Shown: positions 1 through 9,470 of the stretch, piece by piece | Position numbering within the stretch: the stretch's first letter is position 1 | Layout of the letters: the number at the start of each line of letters is the position of its first letter | Assembly (NCBI GenBank): GCA_015493745.1 | Contig: WGCN01000036.1 | Coordinates: 9,799 to 73,798 of the forward strand | Source: Calditrichales bacterium | GTDB taxonomy: Bacteria > Calditrichota > Calditrichia > Calditrichales > J004 | Length of the DNA: 64,000 nt | Direction of reading: 5' to 3' | The notes under the pieces: model-generated | The model's input: only the letters and a program-made list of their open reading frames with translations | Databases searched by the model: none | What the model was told of the DNA's origin: nothing | Translations under genes and position numbers: made by a program

Positions 1-1
1 G

Positions 2-448
2 TCGGCCGGTTTATGGATTTTGGGTGACGGGCCGGAAGCGGACCGTTTACGGGAACAGGTGCGGGAATACGGGCTGGAGAGGCGGGTCGTTTTTTGCGGC
101 TATCAGACCAATCCCTACGCCTATTATGCCGCGGCGGATATTTTTGTGCTGCTTTCCGGGAACGAGGGGATCTCCAATGCTTTGCTGGAAGCCATGTACC
201 TGAAATGCGCCGTCATTACCACCGCTGCCGGGGGCGCGGAGCAGGTAATTACCAATGGGGAAGAAGGCCTTTTAATCACCAGAGCTCAGCGGTCCTTACA
301 TCAGGCCTTGAAGGAATTGTATGATAGGCCGGCCCTGCGGGATAAATTGGGACAACGGGCCCGGCGGAAGGTGGAAGACATGTTTTCCATGACACGAATG
401 CGTAACGAATTAACGCGTATTTTCCGGGAGGTCAGTGGTGGCGGTTAA
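2..448 (+). CDS. GT4 glycosyltransferase, 5'-partial (C-terminal half)
   Basis: Frame open from the window edge; motifs ILGDGP, ADIFVLLS, EGISNALLEAM (GT4 EX7E). Confidence 0.85.
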   Translation, partial: SAGLWILGDGPEADRLREQVREYGLERRVVFCGYQTNPYAYYAAADIFVLLSGNEGISNALLEAMYLKCAVITTAAGGAEQVITNGEEGLLITRAQRSLHQALKELYDRPALRDKLGQRARRKVEDMFSMTRMRNELTRIFREVSGGG

Positions 449-1493
449 TTTTGAAAAATATCAGGCCATGTTGCGGGCATATTTCCGGGTGCGTTTTTTT
501 AAAACGGCGCGCGTGGATCAAAAAAAGCTGTTGATCATTCAACTTTCCCCTTTGGGGGATGCCTGCACGCTGATCCCCTTTGTCCGCCAGGCCGTGGAGC
601 AGGGATATCAGACAGATTTACTGGTAGGGAAGGGGCTGGCGGAGTTGTGGCGCCATTTTACCGGGGTGGAGCGCATATGGGAAGCGCCACATCGGGATTG
701 GGAAAAGCTGCAGCGCGATCCGGTGGCCACAAAGCTGATGGAGCAGCAATATCATACGGTTATTTCCACCTCCATTCAGCCCCTGGCTGCCTGGTGGGCT
801 TCCCGGCCTTCCGCTTTAATACGGCTGGGCATGATTGAGAATAACCGCTATTATAAAGGGGCCAGGTCTCTTTATACGGCGGTTTATAACGCTGCGCCGG
901 AGGAACATGTGACCCGGCGTTTTCAGCAGCTTTTTAAGATGGCCGGAATTAAAACGGAACTTCCCGGAGACGACCCGGCGGTTTCCGGGAAGGGGTATGT
1001 GCTGTTACATCCCGGGGCCAAATGGAAACCCCGTCGCTGGCCCGCGGAACGTTTTTTGCAACTGGCGGAATATCTGGAAACACAGGACTTTGAGGTACGC
1101 ATGCTCATTCATGAGTCGGAGAAAGATATTCTGGATTTTTTCACCCGGGCCCTGGCGGAGAGAAAAGGAACGTCAATATTGCTTACACGGAGTATCGGTG
1201 ATTTGATCCGGGCCATGGAGCATGCCGCCTTTTTTGTCGGTAATGATTCCGGCCCCATGCATCTGGCGGCCCTGATGCGCAAGCCCTCGATTATTTTATG
1301 GGGGCCGGGTAATTTCGAACGTATTCGCCCCATGGGTTCAGGCATGCGGGTGATCCTTCATGAAATTGATTGCCGTCCATGCCGTCAGTATGATAACCGC
1401 GATGTGTGTGAACGCGGAATTAATGAATGTTTGTTGTCAATTTCTGTCGGGGAAGTGATTAAGGCCTTGAACGCTTTGACCGCGGACCGGTAG
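435..1493 (+). CDS. GT9 family (heptosyltransferase-like) LPS glycosyltransferase
   Basis: LGD near N-terminus, HPGAKWKPRRWP, VGNDSGPMHLAA, C-terminal CRPC...C...CL typical of GT9. Confidence 0.88.
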   Translation: MVAVNFEKYQAMLRAYFRVRFFKTARVDQKKLLIIQLSPLGDACTLIPFVRQAVEQGYQTDLLVGKGLAELWRHFTGVERIWEAPHRDWEKLQRDPVATKLMEQQYHTVISTSIQPLAAWWASRPSALIRLGMIENNRYYKGARSLYTAVYNAAPEEHVTRRFQQLFKMAGIKTELPGDDPAVSGKGYVLLHPGAKWKPRRWPAERFLQLAEYLETQDFEVRMLIHESEKDILDFFTRALAERKGTSILLTRSIGDLIRAMEHAAFFVGNDSGPMHLAALMRKPSIILWGPGNFERIRPMGSGMRVILHEIDCRPCRQYDNRDVCERGINECLLSISVGEVIKALNALTADR

Positions 1494-1550
1494 AATAGGT
1501 TTATAGCGACAGATTCCGGAAAGACGAAAATTAAAACGCAGGAAAGTATC

Positions 1551-2693
1551 ATAAAAAAGATATATATATTTTCGGAAGATTTCCCGCCCTATAGCGGCGG
1601 TATTGCCCAGTGGGCTTTGGGGATGGCGCAAAGCCTGGCCGAAGCGGGGCACCGGGTGAGCGTGTTTACCCGGCGGCGGGCCGATTTTCCCGTCCGGGCC
1701 ACGGGCCGGCCGTTTGAGGTCTGTTTTATCGAAGGGCAGAACTGGAAACAGGGGCGCAGTTACTATTGCCGTCAATCCCTGAAGAACCGCTTAAGAAGCG
1801 AGGTGCCGGATATCGTGATCGCCACCACCTGGAATGTGGCCCGCGGCTTGAAGCACCTGTGCCGCCGGCATGGGGTAAAGCTGGTGACGGTCATCCACGG
1901 CCTGGAGGTGACGCGCAAGATGCCGTTGATAAAAAGACGGTGGCTGCAAAGTACGCTGTTGGGCAGCCATAAGGTCATTGCCGTCAGCAGATTCACCCGG
2001 GAGGCAGCTGTCAGTCGCTATAACCTGCCTGAAGAACATTGCCGGGTTTTGCCCAACGGAGTTGATGCCGTCCGTTTTCAGCCGGGAATGGATATATCCC
2101 CGCTGAAAGAGCGTTATGGATTGGCGCAGGACGAAAAAGTGATCCTGACCCTGGCCCGGGTCATCCGCCGCAAGGGGCATGATTATGTGATCCGTGCCCT
2201 GGAGCCGCTGGTTAAAAAATATGCCCCTCTGCGCTATATCATCTGTGGCCCGGGCGATGAAGCCTTTATAAACGAACTCAGGGAGCTTGCCCGGAAACTT
2301 AAGCTGGAGCAGCATGTTACCTTTTCCGGCTATGTGGACAGCGCCGAGTTGCCGGTGTTCTACAATCTGGCCGATGTTTATATCATGCCCAGCCGGGAAA
2401 TCGCCGGAGATACGGAAGGTTTCGGTATCACTTATCTGGAGGCCAACGCTTGCGAAAAGCCGGTAATCGGCGGCGCCTCGGGCGGGGTGGTGGACGCCAT
2501 TGTGGACGGGGAAACCGGCTATCTGGTGCCGCCAACGGATGTGAAGGCGATTGAGGAACGGCTGGATATCCTTTTGGGTGATAAAGCCCGGGCCCGCAAC
2601 ATGGGAAGAGCCGGGCGGGAAAGGATATTGAATGAATATACCTGGCAAGCCCTGGCCGGCCGCCTGATGAAAATTATTGATGAGAAGGAATGA
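1551..2693 (+). CDS. GT4 glycosyltransferase (PimB/RfaB-like); probable non-canonical ATA start
   Basis: Conserved N-terminal IYIFSEDFPPYSGGI lies in frame upstream of the tracked TTG (1617); AGGA at 1540-1543 precedes ATA 1551; RKGHD and EGFGITYLEA motifs. Confidence 0.85.
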   Translation: MKKIYIFSEDFPPYSGGIAQWALGMAQSLAEAGHRVSVFTRRRADFPVRATGRPFEVCFIEGQNWKQGRSYYCRQSLKNRLRSEVPDIVIATTWNVARGLKHLCRRHGVKLVTVIHGLEVTRKMPLIKRRWLQSTLLGSHKVIAVSRFTREAAVSRYNLPEEHCRVLPNGVDAVRFQPGMDISPLKERYGLAQDEKVILTLARVIRRKGHDYVIRALEPLVKKYAPLRYIICGPGDEAFINELRELARKLKLEQHVTFSGYVDSAELPVFYNLADVYIMPSREIAGDTEGFGITYLEANACEKPVIGGASGGVVDAIVDGETGYLVPPTDVKAIEERLDILLGDKARARNMGRAGRERILNEYTWQALAGRLMKIIDEKE

Positions 2694-3829
2694 TGGGAAT
2701 ATTTAAGAAGAAGATTAAGGTTCGCGGTTTTGATGAGGCGCGGTCACTGCAGAAAATCGACCGGAAGAGCTATATCATCCACCACTATTGTCCGCACACC
2801 TTTAACGCGGGGGATCATTTCGTCATACGCTCTATCAGGCAGCATCTGACCCGTTTTTTACCCGGAGCCACTTTCATTCCCAAGCCCTGCGCTTTTAACC
2901 GGGGGTGGGGAAAGCCGGTGAGGCTGACAGGGGAAAATGTCAATTTCAGCAACCGCTATGCCGATGCCGTTATTGTCGGTGGTTCGGATCAGTACAACAA
3001 CTGGTCGCTGAGAATTCTGCCGGATGAGATCAGCAAGTTGCAACCGCCGCTCTATTTTATCGGTCTGGGGGTTTCTTCAAAAAACATAGACGCGCCGCCA
3101 CATATTGAAAAAAAAGAATATTATGAGCATATACGGCTGGCAAATGAGGCAACCCGTCTCTCATCGGTACGTGATAACTACACCCGGGATTTCCTGATAA
3201 AGCTGGGATATGAAAAGGCCGTGGTTACCGGCTGTCCGGCGATGTATCTGTTTGATGCACCCTTTGCACTGAATGAAAGCGACGATGTGGCCATAACTTT
3301 TCCTTTTCCGGTTGTTCGCCGAAACAACCGGGCAGAGTTTGACCGGCTGTTGGAAACGGTACGCCTGATAGTCCGGCTGGTAAGGGCAAGGGGACTCAAC
3401 CCCATCATCAGTTGTCATGATGACCGGGATGTTCCTTTGGCCCAAAACTATTTTCCCGAAGAGCGTATTTTCTTTTCCAACTATGTTGATGACTTTTTTT
3501 CCTTTTACCAACAGGTTAAGCTGGTAATCGGTTCGCGTTTGCATGCCTCCATTCTGGCCGCGGGCATGGGAAAGCCGTTTATAAATATAAATCTGGACGC
3601 CCGGGGCAAGGGATTCTCCGATACTTTTGGCTTATCGGATTGGAATCTGGATATTAACGATCCACGGTTGGAAAGGCATTTGCAAGACAGAATGGAACGC
3701 CTGTTGGGAGGCGATTTGTCTCCCCTGCAGGCCTTTTATGAAACAAAGAACGGATATCGCCGGATTTTTCTGAAATTTATGCAAGACGTTAGCCAGGATA
3801 TTGCCGGTCGTCTTCCGGGAAAAGGGTAG
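2690..3829 (+). CDS. polysaccharide pyruvyl transferase family protein
   Basis: NAGD, VIVGGSD, SSVRD, GCP and GSRLHA motifs. Confidence 0.8.
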   Translation: MMGIFKKKIKVRGFDEARSLQKIDRKSYIIHHYCPHTFNAGDHFVIRSIRQHLTRFLPGATFIPKPCAFNRGWGKPVRLTGENVNFSNRYADAVIVGGSDQYNNWSLRILPDEISKLQPPLYFIGLGVSSKNIDAPPHIEKKEYYEHIRLANEATRLSSVRDNYTRDFLIKLGYEKAVVTGCPAMYLFDAPFALNESDDVAITFPFPVVRRNNRAEFDRLLETVRLIVRLVRARGLNPIISCHDDRDVPLAQNYFPEERIFFSNYVDDFFSFYQQVKLVIGSRLHASILAAGMGKPFININLDARGKGFSDTFGLSDWNLDINDPRLERHLQDRMERLLGGDLSPLQAFYETKNGYRRIFLKFMQDVSQDIAGRLPGKG

Positions 3830-3830
3830 G

Positions 3831-4997
3831 ATGATGCGTATTGCCTATCTGAATAAAGTCAAGATGGATGAAGCTCTTCCGGCCGTCAATTTTACCTTTT
3901 TTAACGCGCTGGGGCTGGCTCAGGCCGGGGCGGAAACCCACCTTTTTGTTCAGGCGAACCACCCGGACTTTAGTTGCGGGGATGTGCAGAGCTTGTTTGG
4001 CATGGATTCACCGCCGCTATTGAACTGGCATATTTTACCGGTACAAAAAAAATGGGGGATACGTTCCAATCAGTGGTTTTACCGTGATGTTATTAAACAC
4101 CTGCGGCGCATGCACAATACAACGCCCCTGGATGCGGTTATCTCGCGCGATCCGGGCGCCTTACCCTATTTGGCGCGTCTCCGCTCCCGGCTGGGCATCC
4201 CCGTATTTTATCAGCCGCATAATTTTTATGTCGATCTTTCCCTGCGTCCCGATTTAAATCCCAGGAATGCCCGGAAGTATCATCTACTGGAAAAAAGGTA
4301 TATCGGACGATTGTCAGGCCTGCTTTGTCTGCAGGAGTCGCAGGCTGAACTGTATCGCCGTTACTTTCCCACGTTGCCTGTTATGGCCAGTCCGCCGGGG
4401 TTTGTACGCTTTGAGGATTACGATCCCGGCCGGTTCCGCCGGCGCTTGTTGGGCTATAGCGGGAGCCTGCAACTGAAAAAAGGGGTTAAGGTGCTGATCG
4501 ATGCCCTGGATATCCTCCAAAATGACGGCGGCGACTACCAGGTGATACTCATCGGTGGACGCAATCAGACAGAGATAAAGGAAATAGAGAGCTATATAAT
4601 CGCAAAGGGTCTGGAGAGCAGGGTGGAAATAACCGGATGGATATCGTTTAAGGAGGTTAACACACTTTTAAAAAAAATAAGCGTGGGGGTAATGCCTTTG
4701 ACGGATATCTTTTATAACCGCTATCTTACGGCGCCCAATAAACTTTTTGACTATCTCTCGCATACGACGCCGGTTATTGGTTCCGATCTTCCCTCTATTC
4801 GGGATTTTATAAAAAACGGCCATGAAGGAATACTGGTGGAAGCGGAAAACGGCAAGGCCCTGGCCGCGGCCATTACTGAAATATTTGCCGATGAGATGAA
4901 ATATAAGCAATTTGTTGATGCCTGCCGGCAAACGGGAGAGAAGTATCTGTGGAAAGAGCGCGGGCGGGCTATGCTGAACCTTATACGTGAAAGTTGA
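3831..4997 (+). CDS. GT4 glycosyltransferase
   Basis: YSGSL..KKG, PNKLFDY...PVIGSD; ATG immediately after the upstream stop. Confidence 0.8.
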   Translation: MMRIAYLNKVKMDEALPAVNFTFFNALGLAQAGAETHLFVQANHPDFSCGDVQSLFGMDSPPLLNWHILPVQKKWGIRSNQWFYRDVIKHLRRMHNTTPLDAVISRDPGALPYLARLRSRLGIPVFYQPHNFYVDLSLRPDLNPRNARKYHLLEKRYIGRLSGLLCLQESQAELYRRYFPTLPVMASPPGFVRFEDYDPGRFRRRLLGYSGSLQLKKGVKVLIDALDILQNDGGDYQVILIGGRNQTEIKEIESYIIAKGLESRVEITGWISFKEVNTLLKKISVGVMPLTDIFYNRYLTAPNKLFDYLSHTTPVIGSDLPSIRDFIKNGHEGILVEAENGKALAAAITEIFADEMKYKQFVDACRQTGEKYLWKERGRAMLNLIRES

Positions 4998-6871
4998 ATT
5001 TAGAGATGAAATTCTATTTAAGAGTCCTGCAATTTTTAAAGCCGCACTGGAGATTGATCTCCCTTTCCATTCTGTTGACTTTTTTCTATATCATCTTTAA
5101 CAGCGCCTCCCTGTGGATTTCCGTGGATTTCATTCGTGAACTGTTTGAACCTCAGGGCATACAGATGGAAAGCCAACCGGAGCAGAATAACCGTTCCGGA
5201 ACCGAGGGGCTTGAAAACCTGCTGGATGGGAAGAATTCTTTTTACAAAGAGATAAACCTCTTCATTAAGAAACTGATTGTACGGGATGATAAGTATGATA
5301 CGCTAAAAATGGTGTGTCTGCTGATTCTGGTTACCTTTTTGATGAAAAACATCATTGCCTATTTCAGAAGACTCCTTTTGAATTTTATCGAGCTTAAAAT
5401 AATCGTCGATTTACGCAATGCCCTGAACCGGGCCTTTCTGCACCTGCCGCTTTCATATTTTGAAAAGCATGATTCCGGGGAAGCCACCTCTATTTTGTTT
5501 AATGACGGCAAGGCCATGAAGGATATGCTGAACAACAGTTTCGGGCGTATGATGCTTGCCCCAATGCAGATCGTGACCAATCTGGTCATTCTGGTGATGA
5601 TCAGTTGGAAGCTTTCCCTGATTACGCTGACGGTCGTGCCGCTTATTGCACTGGTGATCGTCAATATCGGTAAGGTGATCCGTCGTCGCAGCCGCCGGGT
5701 GTTTAAACAGATAGCCCAGGTGCTGTCCGTTTTTCAGGAATCGGTAAACGCCATACGCATCGTCAAGGCTTTTACCAATGAAGAGAAAGAGATCGATAAG
5801 TTTGAGAAGGCCAATTACAAGTTTTTTCGCATAAATTTCCGGGCCAACCGCATAGGATATCTCACTTCGCCGCTAAACGAGTCCCTGGTGGTCATCGTCC
5901 TGATAGCCCTGTTATGGTACGGAGGGGGCATGGTGTACGAAGGAGAGCTGATGGCCGATGATTTCATGCGCTATCTGATCTTTCTGGTTACCCTGTTTCA
6001 ACCTTTAAAGGATGTTTCTCAGATGAACAGTGTCATCCAGGTGGGGATGGCGGCCGCGGAGCGTGTCTTTGGGGCCTTGGATGCCGTTCCCGAAGTCTAT
6101 GAAAAGCCGGGAGCGCTGGAAATCCGGGGATTTAAAAAGAATATCGTCTACAATCATGTCTGGTTTCGCTATAATGAAGAGGAAACCTATGCGCTAAAGG
6201 ATATCAATCTGACCATTGAAAAAGGGCAGTCGGTTGCTTTTGTCGGCCATAGTGGTGCCGGCAAGTCAACGTTGGTCGACATGATCCCACGCTTTTATGA
6301 TACGACACGGGGCACCGTTTCCATCGACGGTATCAATGTTCAGGATATAGCCCTAAAGTCTTTAAGACAGCAGATTGGTATTGTAACCCAGGAATCTATT
6401 TTGTTTAACGATACCATCCGGGCCAATATCGGTTATGACAAGCCGGATGCCAGTGATGAGGAGATCATTGAAGCCGCTAAGATCGCCAATGCCTGGGAGT
6501 TCATCCGTCGCATGGATCAGGGATTGGATACCATCGTTGGAGAACGGGGCAACAAGCTTTCAGGCGGACAAAAGCAGCGTCTTTCCATTGCCCGGGCGGT
6601 ATTAAAAAATCCTCCCATTCTTATTCTTGATGAGGCGACATCGGCCCTGGATACCGAATCGGAACGCCTGGTTCAAAAGGCCATTACCCGCCTGATGAAA
6701 AAACGGACCGTTTTGGTCATCGCTCATCGTCTCTCCACCATAACCAATGTGGACAAAATTGTTGTGATGCGGCAGGGGGAGATTGTGGAAACCGGTACAC
6801 ACAAGGAATTGCTGGAAAAATCCGGCATATACCGTTCGCTGACACAGTCGCAGTTTATCGAAACGGCTTAA
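4994..6871 (+). CDS. msbA: ABC exporter, MsbA-like lipid A flippase
   Basis: TM domain plus Walker A GHSGAGKS, signature LSGGQ, ILDEATSALD, IAHRLST; LPS gene context. Confidence 0.75.
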   Translation: MNLEMKFYLRVLQFLKPHWRLISLSILLTFFYIIFNSASLWISVDFIRELFEPQGIQMESQPEQNNRSGTEGLENLLDGKNSFYKEINLFIKKLIVRDDKYDTLKMVCLLILVTFLMKNIIAYFRRLLLNFIELKIIVDLRNALNRAFLHLPLSYFEKHDSGEATSILFNDGKAMKDMLNNSFGRMMLAPMQIVTNLVILVMISWKLSLITLTVVPLIALVIVNIGKVIRRRSRRVFKQIAQVLSVFQESVNAIRIVKAFTNEEKEIDKFEKANYKFFRINFRANRIGYLTSPLNESLVVIVLIALLWYGGGMVYEGELMADDFMRYLIFLVTLFQPLKDVSQMNSVIQVGMAAAERVFGALDAVPEVYEKPGALEIRGFKKNIVYNHVWFRYNEEETYALKDINLTIEKGQSVAFVGHSGAGKSTLVDMIPRFYDTTRGTVSIDGINVQDIALKSLRQQIGIVTQESILFNDTIRANIGYDKPDASDEEIIEAAKIANAWEFIRRMDQGLDTIVGERGNKLSGGQKQRLSIARAVLKNPPILILDEATSALDTESERLVQKAITRLMKKRTVLVIAHRLSTITNVDKIVVMRQGEIVETGTHKELLEKSGIYRSLTQSQFIETA

Positions 6872-6889
6872 ATTAAGCGGGAGATTGAA

Positions 6890-7708
6890 ATGAAAACAGT
6901 TGTATTGTTGCTGGGGGTAATGGCCGTTTCTCTTTTCGGCCAGGACAGCACGGCCCATGGGCGATACTTTACACCGGATGCCCTGCCGTTTCAAGACGGC
7001 GAGAAGCTCACCTTTCGCCTGCGTTATGGTTTTATCACCGCCGGTAAGGCCGTAATGGAGGTGCATAAAACGGTGATCCGGGATTCCGTCCCCGTCTACC
7101 GGTTTAAGACCTCGGCCAGAAGCGCCAGCGGCTTCGACTGGATTTACAAGGTGCGTGATGAAGTGAACTCCTATGTCATTCCCGGAAAGTTTTATCCCGT
7201 CCGCTTTGAGAAGAAACTGCGGGAAGGGAACTACAAGGCCGACCTTTTTACCGATTATTTTCCCGGGGATTCCCTGGCCCGGGTTGAAGAAATACGCTAT
7301 CATAACAATATGCGCGTGCGCAGCCGCAAGGTCTATGATGTGAAGGTGCCCCCGTTTGCTCAGGATGTCCTGTCGTCATTTTATTATGTGCGCCTGTTAC
7401 CCCTGGAACCGGGAAAACCGCAATATCTGATCAATCATGAAAAGAAAAAAGTCTATGACCTGAAAGTTGAGATTTACAGGCGGGAGACCATCGAGGTGGA
7501 AGCGGGCACCTTTCGCTGTGTGGTCATCGAGCCGAAAATAAAAGGCGAGGGGCTGTTCCAGAAAAAGGGCAATCTAAAAATTTGGCTGACCGATGACAGT
7601 TTGCGTATACCCGTGCAAATGACCAGTGAAATACTTGTGGGGCATATTACAGCGGAACTGATAAAGATCGAGGGTGTGACAGGAACCATTCCGGCGCGTG
7701 TCAAATAA
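6890..7708 (+). CDS. DUF3108-like exported protein
   Basis: Signal peptide; PF..GEKL.F...YGFITAG, YKVRD, WLTDD..RIPV patterns. Confidence 0.7.
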   Translation: MKTVVLLLGVMAVSLFGQDSTAHGRYFTPDALPFQDGEKLTFRLRYGFITAGKAVMEVHKTVIRDSVPVYRFKTSARSASGFDWIYKVRDEVNSYVIPGKFYPVRFEKKLREGNYKADLFTDYFPGDSLARVEEIRYHNNMRVRSRKVYDVKVPPFAQDVLSSFYYVRLLPLEPGKPQYLINHEKKKVYDLKVEIYRRETIEVEAGTFRCVVIEPKIKGEGLFQKKGNLKIWLTDDSLRIPVQMTSEILVGHITAELIKIEGVTGTIPARVK

Positions 7709-7820
7709 ACCTGTTGTGTGAAAAATATCGGTCTAATCGTCAGGCTTTTTTTTAGAACAAAAATATGTTATTGTCGTAAATATTTAAAAAACAACAGGAT
7801 GTAAAAAATATAGGTGGTTT

Positions 7821-7836
7821 TGGCACGGATATTGTA
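7821..7836 (+). promoter_or_regulatory. putative sigma54 (-24/-12) promoter
   Basis: TGGCACG-GATA-TTGTA versus consensus TGGCACG-N4-TTGCW; intergenic, about 40 nt before ATG 7873. Confidence 0.6.
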
Positions 7837-7872
7837 CATCTATTGTCAAAAAGTTTAACACGAGATAAGACA

Positions 7873-8385
7873 ATGACACAGGAAGCCCGTTACAAAAAAT
7901 TACCCTTAACGCTGGAGCAGGCTTTATCCGGGAAAAGTATAAAAATACAACTGCCCGGAGGGTCAAAGATAAAGCTCAACCTGAAAAAGGGTTTATACGA
8001 TGGACAACTGTTGCGCTTAAAAGAGCCCTGCTCCGGACAAGCATCCGGCCGGCAATCCGGTGAGCTCATTTTGCAGGTGAGTTTGCTGGATCATCCCTTT
8101 TATCAAATCGATCAACTGAACATAAAAGCGGAATTGCCACTCAGTCCGGCGGAGGCTTATTCCGGTTGTGTGCGCACCTTTGCCGGTCCGGACGGAAAGT
8201 CCCTGCGTTTGGAAATTCCACCGCGGACAAAGGATGGTGACTTCCTGCGCATAGAGCAGGGCGGTTTAAAAAAAGGGTCTGAGAGAGGAGACCTGGAATT
8301 CACAATCCGAATAGATGAAAATATGGCCCTTATCGAGTATATGGCCGTTTCATCCGTCTGGAACCAACCGACACAAATAAATTAA
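7873..8385 (+). CDS. DnaJ/CbpA C-terminal-domain-only protein (no J domain)
   Basis: LPLTLEQALSG, GQLLRLK, GELILQV...HPFY, LPLSPAEA..G, IPP.TKDG..LRI...G, RGDL; no HPD motif. Confidence 0.75.
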   Translation: MTQEARYKKLPLTLEQALSGKSIKIQLPGGSKIKLNLKKGLYDGQLLRLKEPCSGQASGRQSGELILQVSLLDHPFYQIDQLNIKAELPLSPAEAYSGCVRTFAGPDGKSLRLEIPPRTKDGDFLRIEQGGLKKGSERGDLEFTIRIDENMALIEYMAVSSVWNQPTQIN

Positions 8386-8395
8386 AGGAAACAAA

Positions 8396-8605
8396 ATGAG
8401 AAAAACATATCGGGGTAACTTTTCAAATTTCGGCCAGTCCTTTCCCTGGGTTGGGCTGGGGCTGGTTTTATTTGGTATAACCGTTATTATCTTTCCGAGA
8501 ATATTAGTGGCCCTAATTGCCATTCCCATCATCTTTTCGGGAATACTTTTCCTGAGCAGATGGTTTTATAACCGTAGCAACCGAAACGGTTTTATAGAAT
8601 TTTAA
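8396..8605 (+). CDS. small two-TM membrane protein (DUF3096-like pattern)
   Basis: AAGGA RBS; hydrophobic GITVIIFPRILVALIAI hairpin; fits tightly between neighbours. Confidence 0.6.
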   Translation: MRKTYRGNFSNFGQSFPWVGLGLVLFGITVIIFPRILVALIAIPIIFSGILFLSRWFYNRSNRNGFIEF

Positions 8606-8625
8606 AATTATAACAAGGAGATATT

Positions 8626-9246
8626 ATGCCTTTCACTTTACCGGATCTGCCGTATGACTTCAATACGCTGGAGCCGCATATTGATGCCCGCACCATGGAA
8701 ATTCACCATGGCAAGCACCACGCCGGCTATGTAAACAATCTGAACAATGCCATTAGCGGCAATGTGGGACTCGAAGGCAAATCATTGGAGGAGCTTATCG
8801 GCGCTCTGTCCGCCGTGCCTTCGGAAATTCAAACCGCTGTCAGAAATAACGGCGGTGGTCACTGGAATCATTCCTTCTTCTGGAAAATCATGTCCGGTAA
8901 CGGTGGCGGCCGTCCCGAAGGTGACCTGGCCAAAGCCATCGATGAGGCTTTCGGGTCTTTCGAAAGTTTTGCCGAAGCCTTTAAAAAAGCAGGGGCGACC
9001 CGCTTTGGTTCCGGCTGGGCCTGGCTGGTGGTTGATGCCGGCGGAAACCTGAAGGTGGGTTCCACCGCCAATCAGGACAATCCCCTGATGGATATTTCGG
9101 ACTTCAAAGGGACACCGGTACTGGGTGTTGATGTGTGGGAACATGCCTACTACCTGCATTATCAGAATCGCCGTCCGGACTACCTGAATGCCTTTTTTAA
9201 CGTGATCAACTGGGAAGCAGTTGCTGAAAACTTCAAAAAAGCATAG
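8626..9246 (+). CDS. sodA: superoxide dismutase, Mn-type signature
   Basis: [29 protein letters not shown]. Confidence 0.92.
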   Translation: MPFTLPDLPYDFNTLEPHIDARTMEIHHGKHHAGYVNNLNNAISGNVGLEGKSLEELIGALSAVPSEIQTAVRNNGGGHWNHSFFWKIMSGNGGGRPEGDLAKAIDEAFGSFESFAEAFKKAGATRFGSGWAWLVVDAGGNLKVGSTANQDNPLMDISDFKGTPVLGVDVWEHAYYLHYQNRRPDYLNAFFNVINWEAVAENFKKA

Positions 9247-9263
9247 TGTCTTAATTCTACCTT

Positions 9264-9294
9264 ACACACCCGGTATTTATGCCGGGTGTGTTTT
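9264..9294 (+). terminator. intrinsic terminator after sodA
   Basis: ACACACCCGGTA-ttta-TGCCGGGTGTGT stem followed by a T run. Confidence 0.8.
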
Positions 9295-9375
9295 ATTCTT
9301 TTTGACCTTGCGGCCCGTATAAAAAAAATTACCTCGTATCCCCTTTTATTATATATTAAGGACTGTTCTAAAAAT

Positions 9376-9404
9376 TTGCATAAGCAGGATTGGTAGCTTA
9401 AATT
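9376..9404 (+). promoter_or_regulatory. putative sigma70 promoter of the rimP operon
   Basis: TTGCAT-17 nt-TAAATT, upstream of the leader hairpin. Confidence 0.5.
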
Positions 9405-9431
9405 CAATGCTTGCTTGAAGTTATCGACTTG

Positions 9432-9455
9432 AAGTGGGTTCTGCCCACTTTTTTT
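9432..9455 (+). promoter_or_regulatory. rimP leader attenuator (short intrinsic terminator hairpin)
   Basis: AAGTGGG-ttctg-CCCACTT plus T run directly before the GGAG RBS of rimP; matches the known rimP-leader GUGGG/CCCAC stem. Confidence 0.75.
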
Positions 9456-9470
9456 GTTTATGGAGTAGCC

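Noticed and set aside
9281-9294. GCCGGGTGTGTTTT shared with 32611-32624
   Set aside because: Only two 14-nt copies in different hairpin contexts; insufficient for a REP family
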